DNA from: Eubacteriales bacterium
Lineage (GTDB): Bacteria > Bacillota > Clostridia > Oscillospirales > CAG-272
Direction of reading: 5' to 3'
Length of the DNA stretch: 36,747 bases
Assembly (NCBI GenBank): GCA_045656965.1
Contig: JAZOSE010000097.1
Span: 1 to 36,747, forward strand
In this document: piece after piece, positions 34,448 through 36,747 of the stretch
Layout: each line of letters begins with the position of its first letter
How positions within the stretch are numbered: position 1 is the stretch's first letter
Made by a program: the position numbers and the translations under genes
Notes under the pieces: generated by a model
Seen by the model: only the letters and a program-made list of their open reading frames with translations
Database searches by the model: none
What the model was told of the DNA's origin: nothing

Positions 34448-36358
34448 TTAGTATTCGATTACAACAAGCCCGTGAAGCTGAATTTTGGGAACGGTGAAGG
34501 TGAGAGTGCCGTTCTTTTGGTCGAAGAAAATTTCCTTGCCGCTCGGCTCAAGGCGAACACGCTTGACCGCTTCGGGCAACGACACGGAAACGCTCGTTTC
34601 AAAAAGCGGGGGGAAATCCTCAAGCAGACACACGTTACCGCGGTTGACGGGTGGTGCGTAGAGCAGGTGGAGCGCATAGAAGCCTTCCTTTTCGCTCTTG
34701 CGAAGGCGCACTCTGCCCGATGAGGGGTAATAGTTAAAGGAGAGTGGCTTTTTATAAACGCGCTCGATAGCACCAACGATATAGCGCTGCAAAACGTAGT
34801 TACCCGAGGCGTTATACGCCTCAAAGACAGGGTGCGCAAAATAAAGGACGCTATCCTTCTTCACAAGGGCGGGATATGCGGCAGGCTCTTCCTTAAAGGG
34901 CGTATTCTTATGTCCGCAGAAGTGACCGAAGGTGCGGCTGAAATAGGGCTCGTGGACCTTCGCCCAGACCTCGCCGTCGCTTTCGGTGATAAAGGCGCTC
35001 GTGTAGGAAAGGAAGGGGGTGGTGATCTCGTCGACGGGAGCGGCGATAAAGTCGGCATCATAGGGAGAGCGACCCTTTTTCGTGATAGCAAGACCGTCAA
35101 AGAGGCTATCTCCGCTTATAATCAGCGTGCCCCCGTTTTTCGCAAAGGCGGCAAGGCTTGCCTTGTCGCTGTCCGAAAGGCGCACAGCGTCGGGAAGAAT
35201 GATGCACTTGTAGGGCGAAGGATCGTCGCCCGCGTCAAGCACGTCGTATTCAAGGTGCATCGTTTGGAGCAGCTTCGAGCAGCCGAGGTCGGCGTTCGTG
35301 TGGCTCATCCAGATAGCGAGATCGGTGTAAGCGCGGGTGTTTTCGGAATATTTTTCGATCTTTTCCGAATACGCGAAGGCGTGACCGATGACGGCGTAGG
35401 TGCTTGCGTCAAGTCTGCCGAGGGGGTGCAGGTGGTCACCGACGGAGATAGAAGAACCGAGGCTGAGCATATCGGCGCACTCGTAGCGAAGGGCTTCCTT
35501 GTTTTTGAAGCCGCCGAACTCACCCCACGCGTGATGGAACTTGCCTGTCATGCCGAGGAAGAATTTTCCGTAGCGCTCAAAGAATTTGGCGCGAAGGGGC
35601 ATAAAGTCGTACCCGCCCCAAGCGGTAGGAAGGTCCTCAAGCTCAAAGTGTGTTTGATAGGGATGATATTCGGGTTTATTTTGGTTCGCACCGCCGTTGT
35701 AAAAAACATTGGTGTTCGGGTAGTAGCTTTGCACGATGCCTGTAAGCTCCTTCATAAGCGCAATGCGACCGTCGCGGAAATAGGTGCGCGCATCCTCAAG
35801 CTTTTCGGGATCAAGCCCTCTTTTTTTCATTTCCCTCGTGCAGTCGTCGCACACGCACTCCTCGCCCATAAAGCAGATGTCATACATAACACCGTCGGAA
35901 ACGTCGTAATTTTGGCAGATCTCGTGGGTAAGCTCGACAAGGTGCTTTTTGTAACCGCCGACGGGGCAAAGGCGCTCCCAGCAGCAGTGATAGATCGGCT
36001 CCTCGTCGTCGTGCACGGGGCGCTCATGGGAGGTCTTGCCGCCAAAGGGAACTTGGCGCCATTCGGGATGCTCGTCCGCGTCCTTTTTGCACCAGCCCAT
36101 CGTGATATACACGGGCGCCTTGGCACCCGCCGCGCGAATCGCCTCCAGCTGGGCGCCGAGAAGGTCAAAGGAGAGATGAGGGTGCATCTCGCCAACCTTG
36201 GTGGTATAGTAGCAATATCCGTGGTGGCACTTGGCAAAAACGGTCATAAGATCGATATGCGCGTCACGAATGGTGCGGATATAGTCTTCCCTGTTAAAAT
36301 CCCTGCCGTTGTTTTCAATAAGGGGGCTGGTATGGAAATCAAGATGGACGCATTTCAT
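34448..36358 (-). CDS. Glycoside hydrolase, GH151/GHL6-like putative alpha-L-fucosidase with GH42-type trimerisation domain
   Basis: VHLDFHTS, FAKCHHG, ELEDLPT.WGGYD, GMTGKFHHAWGEFGG. Confidence 0.75.
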   Translation of the reverse strand: MKCVHLDFHTSPLIENNGRDFNREDYIRTIRDAHIDLMTVFAKCHHGYCYYTTKVGEMHPHLSFDLLGAQLEAIRAAGAKAPVYITMGWCKKDADEHPEWRQVPFGGKTSHERPVHDDEEPIYHCCWERLCPVGGYKKHLVELTHEICQNYDVSDGVMYDICFMGEECVCDDCTREMKKRGLDPEKLEDARTYFRDGRIALMKELTGIVQSYYPNTNVFYNGGANQNKPEYHPYQTHFELEDLPTAWGGYDFMPLRAKFFERYGKFFLGMTGKFHHAWGEFGGFKNKEALRYECADMLSLGSSISVGDHLHPLGRLDASTYAVIGHAFAYSEKIEKYSENTRAYTDLAIWMSHTNADLGCSKLLQTMHLEYDVLDAGDDPSPYKCIILPDAVRLSDSDKASLAAFAKNGGTLIISGDSLFDGLAITKKGRSPYDADFIAAPVDEITTPFLSYTSAFITESDGEVWAKVHEPYFSRTFGHFCGHKNTPFKEEPAAYPALVKKDSVLYFAHPVFEAYNASGNYVLQRYIVGAIERVYKKPLSFNYYPSSGRVRLRKSEKEGFYALHLLYAPPVNRGNVCLLEDFPPLFETSVSVSLPEAVKRVRLEPSGKEIFFDQKNGTLTFTVPKIQLHGLVVIEY

Positions 36359-36373
36359 ATTGCTTTCTCCTTA

Positions 36374-36747
36374 TTATTCAATGGGAAGGACAAGCTCCGA
36401 GCCCGTAAAGATCACAGTGTTGTGCGCCACGCGTGCGGTGGTCTTTTCCGAAAAAAGACCTTTTTGGTTGGTATGAGGCACGTATAGCGGAAAAGCCGAG
36501 GAAGAAATATCGATGCGAAGGCGCTCTCCCTTTTTGATAAGGAAGGCGTGCTCGTCAAAGGTGAAGGAGATCTCCACCGTGTCGCCCTCGCGATAGTCCT
36601 TCGTGAAATTCGATATTTGGGTGATATCGTCGCGAAGCCCGTAATCGCCACCCTCTCCCGCAAGGTAGACGCGCATATAGAAGCAGGTGTCGGGGCAATC
36701 GCTCTTGACAGATAGGCGCGCACTCATTTTCCCCTTCACGGAGATGT
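36374..36747 (-). CDS. C-terminal part of CocE/NonD (X-Pro dipeptidyl-peptidase-like) hydrolase, cut by window edge
   Basis: IKKGERLRIDISSSAFP..VPHTN..S.LVLP, PepX_C-type motif. Confidence 0.78.
   Translation of the reverse strand, partial: ISVKGKMSARLSVKSDCPDTCFYMRVYLAGEGGDYGLRDDITQISNFTKDYREGDTVEISFTFDEHAFLIKKGERLRIDISSSAFPLYVPHTNQKGLFSEKTTARVAHNTVIFTGSELVLPIE

Noticed and set aside
34832-36487. 551-aa ORF antisense to the glycosidase
   Set aside because: Codon-aligned antisense shadow with no recognisable domain
1-36747. CRISPR arrays, tRNA/rRNA, IS elements, integrases, prophage genes, T-box before glnS
   Set aside because: No repeat-spacer pattern, RNA gene signature or transposase/integrase motif seen; glnS leader is too short for a T-box

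Overview
Chromosomal window from a moderately GC-rich, probably spore-forming Clostridia-class firmicute (inferred from sigmaA/sigmaE-like promoters, an S-box, GlnRS, and YrzE-like and Cys-rich coat-like genes). No rRNA, tRNA, CRISPR, IS or prophage was seen. Contents in order: MarR plus heterodimeric ABC exporter; a collapsed sugar-catabolism locus with two apparent deletion junctions; TetR plus ABC-2 exporter; a GT8/PlsC-like/CrtO-like operon; a two-gene unit encoding an 844-aa TIR-domain/helical-repeat protein and an M24 Xaa-Pro-type peptidase; phasin-like, Cys-rich and CarD-like genes; frameshifted purC; SAM-I/metK/recD2; a CCA-HD-CYTH fusion; lipobox-bearing yajC; murA paralog; MBL-glnS-capD-vanZ-DUF3810; DUF3343 plus cysteine desulfurase; AEC transporter; CocE/GH151-like/mgsA. 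The best candidates for an undescribed system are the TIR + M24 peptidase operon (possible immune/signalling module) and the GT8-PlsC-CrtO operon (possible new acyl-glycolipid pathway). All family calls are by-eye motif recognition, not database searches.
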